A DNA stretch of 64,000 bases from Octopus sinensis. Lineage: Eukaryota. Under the pieces are notes generated by a model that searched no databases, was not told where the DNA came from, and saw only the letters and a list, made by a program, of their open reading frames with translations. Shown here in pieces: positions 40,834-50,493 of the stretch. The position numbers were made by a program, and so were the translations under genes. The stretch lies in NCBI RefSeq assembly GCF_006345805.1, contig NC_043010.1, positions 9,858,001 to 9,922,000 on the forward strand, written 5' to 3'. Positions within the stretch are counted from its first letter, which is position 1. Each line of letters begins with the position of its first letter.

Positions 40834-40835
<2 letters not shown>
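40525..40835 (-). mobile_element. SINE family D, tail variant 2
   Basis: Same head as the 16002 copy; tail ..ccagcggggtggcgtcatttgaaggctaaaacaat..gatcacgtgat. Confidence 0.9.
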
Positions 40836-40880
<45 letters not shown>

Positions 40881-41420
40881 GTAGGTACATGAAGGACGGT
40901 ATATCAAGAAGTTTGCTTCCTATGCACATGGTTTCTAGGTTCAATTCTCCTGTGTGGAACCTTGCGCATATGTCTTATACTATATCATGGGGTAGACCAA
41001 TGCCTCATGAATGGATTTGCTTTGTAGGAACTGAAAGCCCTTTGATTATACATATATGTGTGTATGTGTGTGTATGTATAAATATATTTGTGTGTGTGTA
41101 TGTGTGTGCATGTGTGTGTACGTATATATATCCCGCCATAGGAACCAAGCTCAGAATTATATGTGCAATAAGGACATGGTCTTTCCACCCATCCAGGTTG
41201 CCAACACTTCTGAATAAGCAGTGATAGTAACTGGGATCATGACAACCAGTCCAACAAATATACCACCACTAAATGTGAACTTACATTGATGAGATACATG
41301 CAGACACACACATGTAAACATTTACTCATGAACATGTTCACATTGTAGGGGGAGTTAGAAGGAAAATCTGTGCCTATAACATTTGTAAGACATACCATTA
41401 ATGAGGTGGGAGCAAAGAGA

Positions 41421-41840
41421 GGCGCAGGAGTGGCTGTGTGGTAAGTAGCTTGTTTACCAACCACATGGTTCCGGGTTCAGTCCCACTGTGTGGCACCTTG
41501 GGCAAGTGTCTTCTGCTATATCCTCAGGCTGACCAAAGCCTTGTCAGTGGATTTGGTAGACGGAAACTGAAACGAAGCCCGTCGTATATATGTATATATA
41601 TATATATATGCATGTGTGTGTTTGTGTGTCTGTGTTTGTCCCCCTAGCATTGCTTGACAACCGATGCTGGTGTGTTTATGTCCCCGTTACTTAGCGGTTC
41701 GGCAAAAGAGACCAATAGAATAAGTACTGGGCTTACAAAAGAATAAGTCCCGGGGTCGAGTTGCTCGATTAAAGGCGGTGCTCCAGCATGGCCGCAGTCA
41801 AATGACTGAAACAAGTAAAAGAGTAAAAGAGTAAAGAGTA
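41421..41840 (+). mobile_element. SINE family A, full length
   Basis: Family A consensus. Confidence 0.9.
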
Positions 41841-42186
41841 AGAGAGAGAGTTATATTCTCATCAGTCAAGAGACCAGGTACTTATATTCTCATCACTGTT
41901 AAGAGCTTCCATGAAAATGTTGCTGCTTTCCTGTCACTAATCCTCTCTAATTTATTAATATGATACCCAGCCCTTACTGACTACATTGTCTCAGTAGGCA
42001 GCAAAGCTGATGGCAGTCCACTCTGGGTAACGCATTTATAATCAGGATGTGGGCAATTTTAGATTTGCTTTATAAACCTGTATAAGCTTGGTTGCCCTGG
42101 TGGAGAGCAGCAAACTCAAGGTCAGTCTCGGGCAGCACACACTGAAGCTATGCCACTGCTTTGTCTGCTGGCTGGTAGAGAACAGT

Positions 42187-42570
42187 GGAAGCACTCCGTC
42201 GGTTACGACAACGAGGGTTCCAGTTGATCCGAATCAATGGAACAGCCTGCTCGTGAAATTAACGTGTAAGTGGCTGAGCACTCCACAGACACGTGTACCC
42301 TTAACGTAGTTCTCAGGATATTCAGCGTGACACAGAGAGTGACAAGGCTGGCCTTGTGAAGTACAGGTACAACAGAAACAGGAAGTAAGAGTGAGAGAAA
42401 GTTGCGGTGAAAGAGTACAGCAGGGATCGCCACCATCCCCTGCCGGAGCCTCGTAGAGCTTTTAGGTGTTTTCGCTCAATAAACACTCACAACGCCCGGT
42501 CTGGGAATCGAAACCGCGATCCTATGACCGCGAGTCCGCTGCCCTAACCACTGGGCCATTGTGCCTCCAC
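42187..42570 (-). mobile_element. SINE family D, tail variant 1
   Basis: 11-bp TSD tagagaacagt at 42176-42186 and 42571-42581. Confidence 0.92.
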
Positions 42571-42655
42571 TAGAGAACAGTAGTACCTGACATTCAAGAT
42601 ACCAGATGCCCAATACTGGCCCTTGCTTGACCCATGGCTATAACTCTGTCTAAGA

Positions 42656-42800
42656 CAGTGGTTCTCAACTGAGGTTCACATGGCCCTTGAGGAGTCCACA
42701 TAAGATTTTATTGTTAAAACTTATCCGCAATAAATTGGTTGTACAATACACAAAAATATACAAAATATTTTAGCAGTTTTTTTTATATAATTCCTAACAA
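42656..42800 (+). mobile_element. Left end of a hAT-like MITE (truncated)
   Basis: Starts CAGTGGTTCTCAAC; no right TIR seen. Confidence 0.55.
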
Positions 42801-43046
42801 GTGCAGGCATGCCTGTATGGTAAAGGTGGTGAGCTGGCAGAAACATTAGCATGCCAGTCGAAATGCTTAGCGGTATTTCCACTCACAAAACTCTGGTCGG
42901 CCGGAGGCTATAGTAGAAGACACTTGCCCAAGGTGCCACACAGTGGGACCTGACCCGGAACCATGTGGTTGATAAGCAAGCTACTTACGACACAGCCATT
43001 CCTATCCCTATATATATACTTTATTTAAAGTAGCAGAAAATTCAAC

Positions 43047-43094
43047 AAAACCTGTTACTCTGAGTTTCACGTTGCCGTTCGTCGGACAGTTTTT
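43047..43094 (-). ncRNA. Small type I hammerhead-like motif (left arm of the palindrome)
   Basis: AAAAACTGT-CCGACGA-ACG-GCAA-CGT-GAAA-CTC-A-GAG-TA-ACAGGTTTT; stem I 8/9 bp, GNRA-capped stem II, GUA site; U4C in the core. Confidence 0.65.
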
Positions 43095-43103
43095 GCTAGA
43101 ATC

Positions 43104-43151
43104 AAAAACTGTCCGACGAACGGCAACGTGAAACTCAGAGTAATAGGTTTT
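43104..43151 (+). ncRNA. Small type I hammerhead-like motif (right arm of the palindrome)
   Basis: Mirror of the left-arm motif; predicted cleavage after A43142. Confidence 0.65.
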
Positions 43152-43280
43152 GTTGAATTTTCTGCTACTTTAAATAAAGCATATTACTCTAACACTGGTA
43201 TTTGAGTACTCTTTTTTTCCACCTTGTTTCACATTTATGTGTTTACTCCGGTATATACATATATATATATGTATATATAA

Positions 43281-43373
<93 letters not shown>

Positions 43374-44422
43374 GGGGTGGAGAGAGAAGGAGATGGGTAT
43401 GAAGATGAATATGCAGTAGTTATGCATGTGATGTATATACAAATCATATAAATGTTGACTTTTGGTCAGATAAAGAATAAAAATGTCACCATATAAAAGT
43501 ATATATTAGTTGTAAAATATTTGCTATTTAACAAATTAACTGCTTCCCTATTAACTATTTCTTGAGACAGATTTTGTAAAAGTTGACTTCAACAACTCCA
43601 CTGCCTCAGTTTTTACCACATTAAAGCCTATTCGATCTCATTCAATTTGTGCAAATTTATTAATATTAACTCTGCTAGCCCTCACATATTTAGCCCATAC
43701 TTTCCCAACTCTGCTATTTCTTTTTTATTGACTCAAATTCAAATATCTCATTTAATTAGTGCAAAATTCGTTGAGCTTAAACTCCATTAATGTTAACTCT
43801 GTTATACCTAATGTGTTTAGCTCATACTCTTCAAAACCATCGTGTGTCATCCACATATATCTTATTTTCCTAAACTATTGGCAATTGAATTTCACTACCA
43901 ATTTAGATTAACTAGCTGTCTCCAATTTTGTTTTTGTTTATTCTCCCTTTGCCTCGTCAACAGTCAGAATACATCAGTTCATCAAAATATCATCTGTATT
44001 TCTCTGAAGTGAAACCCTCTCTCTCTCTTTCGGAGAGGCACTGAGCAGCTATACGCACACATACACACACGGCAGTAACTTCCGCCTACCGAATTCAATC
44101 ACAAAGCTCCGGTCGGCTCAGGGCTATAGTAGAAGACACCTACCCAAAGTGCCACGCAGTGGGACTGAACCCAAAACCATGTAGTTAGGAAGCAAGCTCC
44201 CTAACCACATATATAAAAAATGAGAATCAGAAAATTTAGACACCACCCCCACATACACACACACACACACACATACACACACACACACACTTCTGTCTCT
44301 TGAATAGCTGTAAATATTTATCAAACATTAAACTAAGCAGATGAGCTTCTAAGTATAGGTTTGCTTTGATAAAGCTACATCATCTGGAAACCTGCTCCTC
44401 TATGTAATAAGACCCTGCTCTT

Positions 44423-44600
44423 GTGAAATTTGGCAAAAGCAATGATGCTGCACTCAAGATTAGCAAGGCATTTGACAATATCTGGCATTTGAACCATTTG
44501 GCAAAATCTCTCATCTTTTGGATTAGGGGTTTCCTGTCAAATCACACTAACATAGATTGTTCATATGGATCCCTTTTACAGTTACATTCATTTAAATCCT
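44423..44600 (+). pseudogene. Degraded LINE reverse-transcriptase fragment
   Basis: ALKISKAFDNIWH..LAK..WIRGFLSN resembles LD.SKAFD.VWH..LL.K...WI..FLS.R. Confidence 0.65.
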
Positions 44601-44702
44601 GCATGATCGAAGGTCTTCCCCTTCACCAAATGTCCTCCTTCAAATGCCTCAAAACATTGCAATAGAAGTCTCAATTGATGGTCTGACCATGGGGCATGAA
44701 TT

Positions 44703-44832
44703 CTTATTTCTTTATTGCCCACATGGGGCTAAACATAGAGGGGACAAACAAAGACAGACAAAGGGATTAAGTCAATTACATCAATCCTAGTGCGTAACTG
44801 GTACTTAATAAACATAGAGGGGACAAACAAGG
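44703..44832 (-). mobile_element. SINE B 3' fragment
   Basis: Reverse complement of the family B tail. Confidence 0.75.
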
Positions 44833-45129
44833 TCTTCCCCTCAAACACATGCATGCACACACATACACACACAAATGCTCCTTTATATTAATAACCTACT
44901 TGTCTTTGTTCTAACTAATTTTCACTCCTATTCACATTTTTCATTTGGGTTCCATGCCTAAATACCACCTGTGTACACCCTGGACATCTCGCATCAAATC
45001 TGTCGTAACTCAATGAACACAGACCTCACAACATCGTCCAATGTTGTCCTGCTATAATTTTGTTTCCTTTGACAGTAGAAAAATCATATCAAGAAAGCAT
45101 TATTGCACTTTCAACCTCTAAAAATGACT

Positions 45130-45509
45130 AGCGCACAGCTAAAACTCCTTTTCAAACTCCGCCCGTCTAACACCCGTGGACATATTTACAAAGTCAGAAA
45201 ACAGCACAGCTCCCATGACTTTAGGAAACATTTTTTCACGCTGAGAGTTGCTGAAGCATGGAACAAACTGCCGGCATCGGTTGTTAATTGTCGGAGCACT
45301 GCATCCTTCAAAACTTCCATGCTTTCTGAGATTAGCCAACACTACACCTGATTTTTTCGCCTCCATACACACACAAGCATGTATCTGACTCATACATTGT
45401 TCGCTTTCCAGACATTTGAACATTACAGCATATACTCTATACGCACTTTCTGACAAGTTGTGGTGCACCTGAGCACTGTATACAATAATTTCATTATTAT
45501 TATTATTAA

Positions 45510-45560
<51 letters not shown>
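45130..45560 (+). mobile_element. 3' end of a CR1/L2-group LINE with (ATT)n tail
   Basis: SNTRGHIYKVRK..FRKHFFTLRVAEAWNKLPASVV..SFK..*, then 3' UTR and (ATT)n at 45490-45558. Confidence 0.85.
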
Positions 45561-46072
45561 AATCCTTAATGGTCACTATAGAATCTTAAGCATTACCATT
45601 ACCAAGGATTTCTCTTTGTAAATGTACATTCTCAGTAAAGTGGCTGACTTCCTTCTCAAAAGTCACAAAATACTTTAGCCACAGCCACTACAATGCTTAG
45701 GTGAGACACACAACAAGTTCTCTTCCCACATCTAGAAGGGGGCTGCTGCTGTAACACATACAGACTTTCTTGACTGCATCCAATAAATGGCCATCTATCT
45801 GACTAGTATGATGTTGCACATGAACATACTGGCCAACAGATGCCCAGGCTCTTTCCCTAAATCAGTGCATCAAATATCTAGATGCTCCATGCATTTTCAA
45901 AAATGCCTTTAGATAATCCATATTAGTGTTTGAGCATTTTGAAAAACATTCAATATTTTTTTACACATAATGCAAATATGATTAACATGCATGTGTAGCT
46001 GTGTAGTTAAGAAGTTTGCTTTGCAATTGCATAGTTGTAGCTTCCATTCCAATGGTCAGGATTTGGGTGTGG

Positions 46073-46142
<70 letters not shown>

Positions 46143-46295
46143 GGTGAATGAATTATCCTATGTTTATCGTCAGCATGGAAAATTTGTTTAACCGAAACCT
46201 GGGTAGCAAATTCATGTCAGAAAACACGGTTGAAGCGACCTGTCCAAGGGTAGAAACTCCGGGTTCATGTGCAGAAATTTGTGTGTTGTATATGA

Positions 46296-46644
46296 ATAAA
46301 TGAAAGAATGGAGTCGAACGAAGATGTTAACAAAATTCCTTTACTCTCGACATATGTTTCGAAGACAACATGTTTTCATTCCAAAGGAATAAAGGGTGCA
46401 TTATGCAATCTTCTCATCAGGAAAGAAAGGGAGCCTCTCTCGACAACAAGACAAACAAAAATTTTGATGACTGCCTACATGGTAAATAAAACGATAATGA
46501 GTGTTTTTTAAAAAAAACGTTAGAAGAATTGACGTCAAATGCACCCTTTATTCCTTTGGAATGAAAACATGTTGTCTTCGAAACATATGTTGAGAGTAAA
46601 GGAATTTTGTTAACATCTTCGTTCGACTCCATTCTTTCATTTAT
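46296..46644. repeat. Inverted repeat, 107-bp arms, 135-bp spacer
   Basis: Arms 46296-46402 and 46538-46644 are identical except at 46349. Confidence 0.97.
46338..46430 (-). ncRNA. Type I hammerhead ribozyme, intact core (GUC)
   Basis: CCTTTCTTTC-CTGATGA-GAAGATTGCAT..ATGTTGTCTTC-GAAA-CATATG-TC-GAGAGTAAAGG. Stem I 10 bp with one bulge, stem II 10/11 bp, palindromic stem III ACATATGT; cleavage predicted at 46349/46348. Confidence 0.85.
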
Positions 46645-46852
46645 ATATATATATCTATATATATTATTATTATATTATTATTATTATTATTATTAATATC
46701 AGGAAATCAATATTAGAAAATTCTTCAGAAAGATATATACGTGTGTAAAATAATTGTTGTATTAAAAATATAGATATGTATAAAAATATTTATAAATATG
46801 TATAAGTATAAATATATAATGTATATGACAGTTTTGAATTAAGTTTTTAAAG

Positions 46853-46944
46853 CATCTTACGATCGTTTCACAGAAGTGCCGTCCCTATAATGAATTCCTA
46901 TATTGATAAGCATTTATAGACAACTCTTCTGCTCTTCAGAGATA
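46853..46944 (-). ncRNA. Type I hammerhead ribozyme, intact core (GUA)
   Basis: TATCT-CTGAAGA-GCAGAAG..CTTCTGT-GAAA-CGATCG-TA-AGATG. Stem II is 7 bp and extends further; palindromic stem III ACGATCGT; cleavage predicted at 46858/46857. Confidence 0.85.
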
Positions 46945-46989
46945 TAAAATTTGAATTTATACATATATATATATATAAGACAATCTTTC

Positions 46990-47390
46990 TGGTGGTGGAA
47001 AGCACTCATGACAGTTCCACTTAAAAGCACCTGAACAGTGACATGTAAAAGCACCTGTGCAGTGCCATGTAAAAGTGTCTATGTGGTGCCACATAAAAGT
47101 GCGTGTATGTAAAAGCATGTAAAAGCGACCATACGGCATCATGTAGAAGTTCCCATGTGGCATCATAATAAAAAAAACCATGTGGTGCCCCATAGAAGCA
47201 CCCATGCAGTATCAAATAAAAGCACCCAGCACACTCTGTAAAGTGGTTAGCACTAGGAAGAGAATCCAGCCATAGAAACCATGCCAAGCAGACTGAAGTC
47301 TGATGCAGCTCCCCTAGCTTGTCGGCTCTGGTCAAACCATCCAGCAAATGCCAGCATGGACAATGGATGTTAACTGATGATGATGATAAT
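46990..47390 (+). mobile_element. Diverged family E copy with gtaaaagc subrepeats and (GAT)n tail
   Basis: Family E consensus; lies between two hammerheads. Confidence 0.8.
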
Positions 47391-47417
47391 GATATATGTG
47401 CGTTTGTGTATGTGTGT

Positions 47418-47472
<55 letters not shown>

Positions 47473-47584
47473 TTAAGCAAAAATTTAGATTCAAATAAAT
47501 ATGGTACTTAATTTAGATGTACCAGAATTCTGTATGGTGTTATCCATAAAAATCTGTGGGGTGATTATAATCAAAATAAGCAAC

Positions 47585-47675
47585 AATTTGGTACGATCGT
47601 TTCGTACTACATCATTTTATTAAATGTTCTAAGTATTACAACAGATTTAAGATGCTGAGTACTCATCAGCCAATT
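47585..47675 (-). ncRNA. Type I hammerhead ribozyme, intact core (GUA)
   Basis: AATTGG-CTGATGA-GTACT..AGTAC-GAAA-CGATCG-TA-CCAAATT; palindromic stem III ACGATCGT; cleavage predicted at 47592/47591. Confidence 0.85.
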
Positions 47676-47792
47676 ATAGAGGTTTTCCATTAATATAAAA
47701 ATTTTCAAATCAAGTGGCAACATTATAGAGAAGGTAGATATACAGACAAAGATGTGGATTTATATATATATATATAACAAGAAGACAATGGA

Positions 47793-47899
47793 GGAAAAAT
47801 AACAAACAGAAGCGTATCTTTTGTACTAGTAAACCATTATTTGATTAGTAAATAAAGGCTTACTAGTGCAAAAGATACACTTCTGTTTGTTATTTTTCC
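47793..47899. repeat. 107-nt fold-back hairpin (~50-bp stem, 7-nt loop)
   Basis: Arms 47793-47832 and 47860-47899 differ at two positions; the spacer also pairs (ttattt/aaataa). Confidence 0.92.
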
Positions 47900-48157
47900 G
47901 CCCTTTCCCTCTCATCTATATAAATTAAACTACGGTTACCCACTAAATTACCTGCTGCCATATACCTTTTACCAAGAATATACCTACTGAGGTAATTTTC
48001 CAGAAGTATGTATATATGAATATATGCATGTATATATTTGCGTGTCTGTGTTTGTCCCCCACCATCGCTTGATTACTGATGTTGGTGTGTTTCCATCCCG
48101 ATAACTTAGTGGTTTGGCAAAAGAGACAGATAGAATAAGTACTAGGTTTACAAAAAA

Positions 48158-48570
48158 TATTACAGTTCTATATCTAAGAGATGAGGAATCATGTACATTA
48201 TTTACATTATTTACATTCAACAGATATTTGTCCTCATCTTGTTTGTTGTTAACACAACGTTTTGGCTGATATATCCTCCAGCTCATAACCACTACGCCAT
48301 ATGCCCAGGCATATGGCGTAGTGGTTAAGAGCGTGAGCTACTAACCCCAAGATTCCGAGTTCGATTCCAAGCAGTGACTTGAACAATAATAATAATAATA
48401 ATAATACTGATAATAATAACATCGAAAAATACCTTAGGAATGAGAACCCAGGTTCGAAATTTCCTCAAGACACCTGAAGAAGGCTGGAGGGTAATTCAGC
48501 CAAAATGTTGTGTCAACAACAAACAAGATGAGGACAAATATCCGTTGAATGTAAATAATGTAAATAATGT
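48158..48570 (+). mobile_element. Composite insertion: inverted partial copy + tRNA-like Pol III head + hammerhead-bearing tail
   Basis: A box TGGCGTAGTGG (48314) and B box GAGTTCGATTCC (48357), then (AAT)n and the tail; 48158-48282 is the reverse complement of the tail. Confidence 0.8.
48470..48513 (+). ncRNA. Degenerate minimal hammerhead motif
   Basis: ACAC-CTGAAGA-A-GGCTG..CAGCC-AAAA-TG-TT-GTGT; stems I and II are intact but GAAA is mutated to AAAA. Confidence 0.55.
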
Positions 48571-48738
48571 TACAAAGAATAAGTTATGGGGTTGATTTGT
48601 TTGACGAAAGGCAGTGCTGCAGCATGGCCACAATCAAATGACTGGAACAAATAAAAGAGTAAAACAGTAATATATATATAAATACATACATGCATATATC
48701 TATATATATATATGTATATATATATATGTGTGTGTGTG

Positions 48739-49050
48739 TGGAGGCGCAATGGCCCAGTGGTTAGGGCAGCGGTCTCGCGGTTGTAGGATTGTGGTATTGA
48801 TTCCCAGACCGGGCGTTGTGAGTGTTTATTGAGCGAAAACACCTAAAGCACCACGAAGCTCTGGCAGGGGGTGGTGGCAACCCCTGCTGTACTCTTTTGC
48901 CACAACTTTCTCTCACTCTTTCTTCTGTTGGCTTGCTCGCTTAGCCAGCAGGGTGGCGTCACTTGAAGGCTAAAACAATGCAAAGCGCATGGTGACCCGC
49001 GATGTGTAGCAACATCTGATAGCCTGGTCGGTCATGGTGATCACGGTGAT
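48739..49050 (+). mobile_element. SINE family D, tail variant 2
   Basis: Family D consensus. Confidence 0.9.
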
Positions 49051-49059
49051 ATATATATA

Positions 49060-49230
49060 TATCATCATCTTCATCATTATCGTTTAACGTCTGTTTTCCA
49101 TGCTGGCATGGGTTGGACAGTTCGACTGGGGTCTGGGAAGCCAAGAGACTGCACCAGGCTCCAGTCTGATCTGGCAGTGTTTCTACAGCTGGATGTCCTT
49201 CCTAACACCAACCACTCTGTGAGTGTAGTA
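49060..49230 (-). mobile_element. Family E 3' end
   Basis: Family E consensus. Confidence 0.85.
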
Positions 49231-49608
49231 AATATTTATATATTATAAAATATGCTATAGTATATATTGTATATATATTTTATAACAATATATGTTATAT
49301 AATATGTGTGTCTGTGTGTCTTTCTTTCTGTTTGTCATCATTACTGCTTGATGACTGGTGGTAGTTTGTTTTCCATCCCTATAACTTAAGTAGTTAAACA
49401 AATGAAACCAATTAAATAAGTTATTAAACAAGTCCCTTAACGCCTCGGGAGTTGTTGGGGGCACTGCAGCCATGCAGCCTATCTAGGGTATATTTGCTTG
49501 ACTAAAACACTTGTAGATGGTGCCCCAGCATGGCCTTAGTCCAATGACTGACAAGCAAAAGATAAAAATAATATAAACAAAAACAAAGCAAAAAAAAAAT
49601 GCTCTTAC

Positions 49609-49705
49609 CTGTAATGCTTTTTCATACTATGTAACTGAAGTGTTAAGTTGTAGGTGTCTTAAGTTGCTAGCAGACAACATGGAGCTATGGAAAACTATCG
49701 TTGTT
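49609..49705 (-). other. Candidate spliced exon (97 bp; non-coding or start-codon exon)
   Basis: Acceptor ttttttcttgtttttcatttacAG and donor CAG|GTAAGA in unique sequence. Stops in all three frames; ends with agtATGAAAAAGCATTACAG. Confidence 0.5.
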
Positions 49706-49854
49706 CTGTAAATGAAAAACAAGAAAAAACATTATATTTAGCAAAGTACTTGTAATTACATAATCGAACGTACAATATCTTTTCACATACATGTATAAAT
49801 TTGGAGTGATTGGGTTTTACGTATCTATCAGTCTGTCTATCTAGCTGTCTATCC

Positions 49855-50402
<548 letters not shown>

Positions 50403-50493
50403 TATATATGTAGATATTAGATCTTGCCACCCTTCTCATACAGAGAGAAATATACTATTCAACATGACAAGATCGATATGCTCAATAGTTACA

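Larger units (their letters stand above)
43019..43179. repeat. Near-perfect palindrome, 77-bp arms, 7-nt loop
   Basis: Arms 43019-43095 and 43103-43179 differ at one position. Confidence 0.97.
48030..48668 (+). mobile_element. SINE A 3' half split by an inserted element
   Basis: Breaks after ggtttacaaa (~48153) and resumes at ttacaaagaataag (~48570). Confidence 0.85.

Noticed and set aside
43636-43835. Degenerate direct repeat with ~110-bp period
   Set aside because: Only two poorly matching AT-rich copies and no interpretable reading frame.
48308-48380. SINE heads as tRNA genes (also families A-D)
   Set aside because: A and B boxes are present, but there is no closed acceptor stem, and the heads run into repeat bodies with TSDs.
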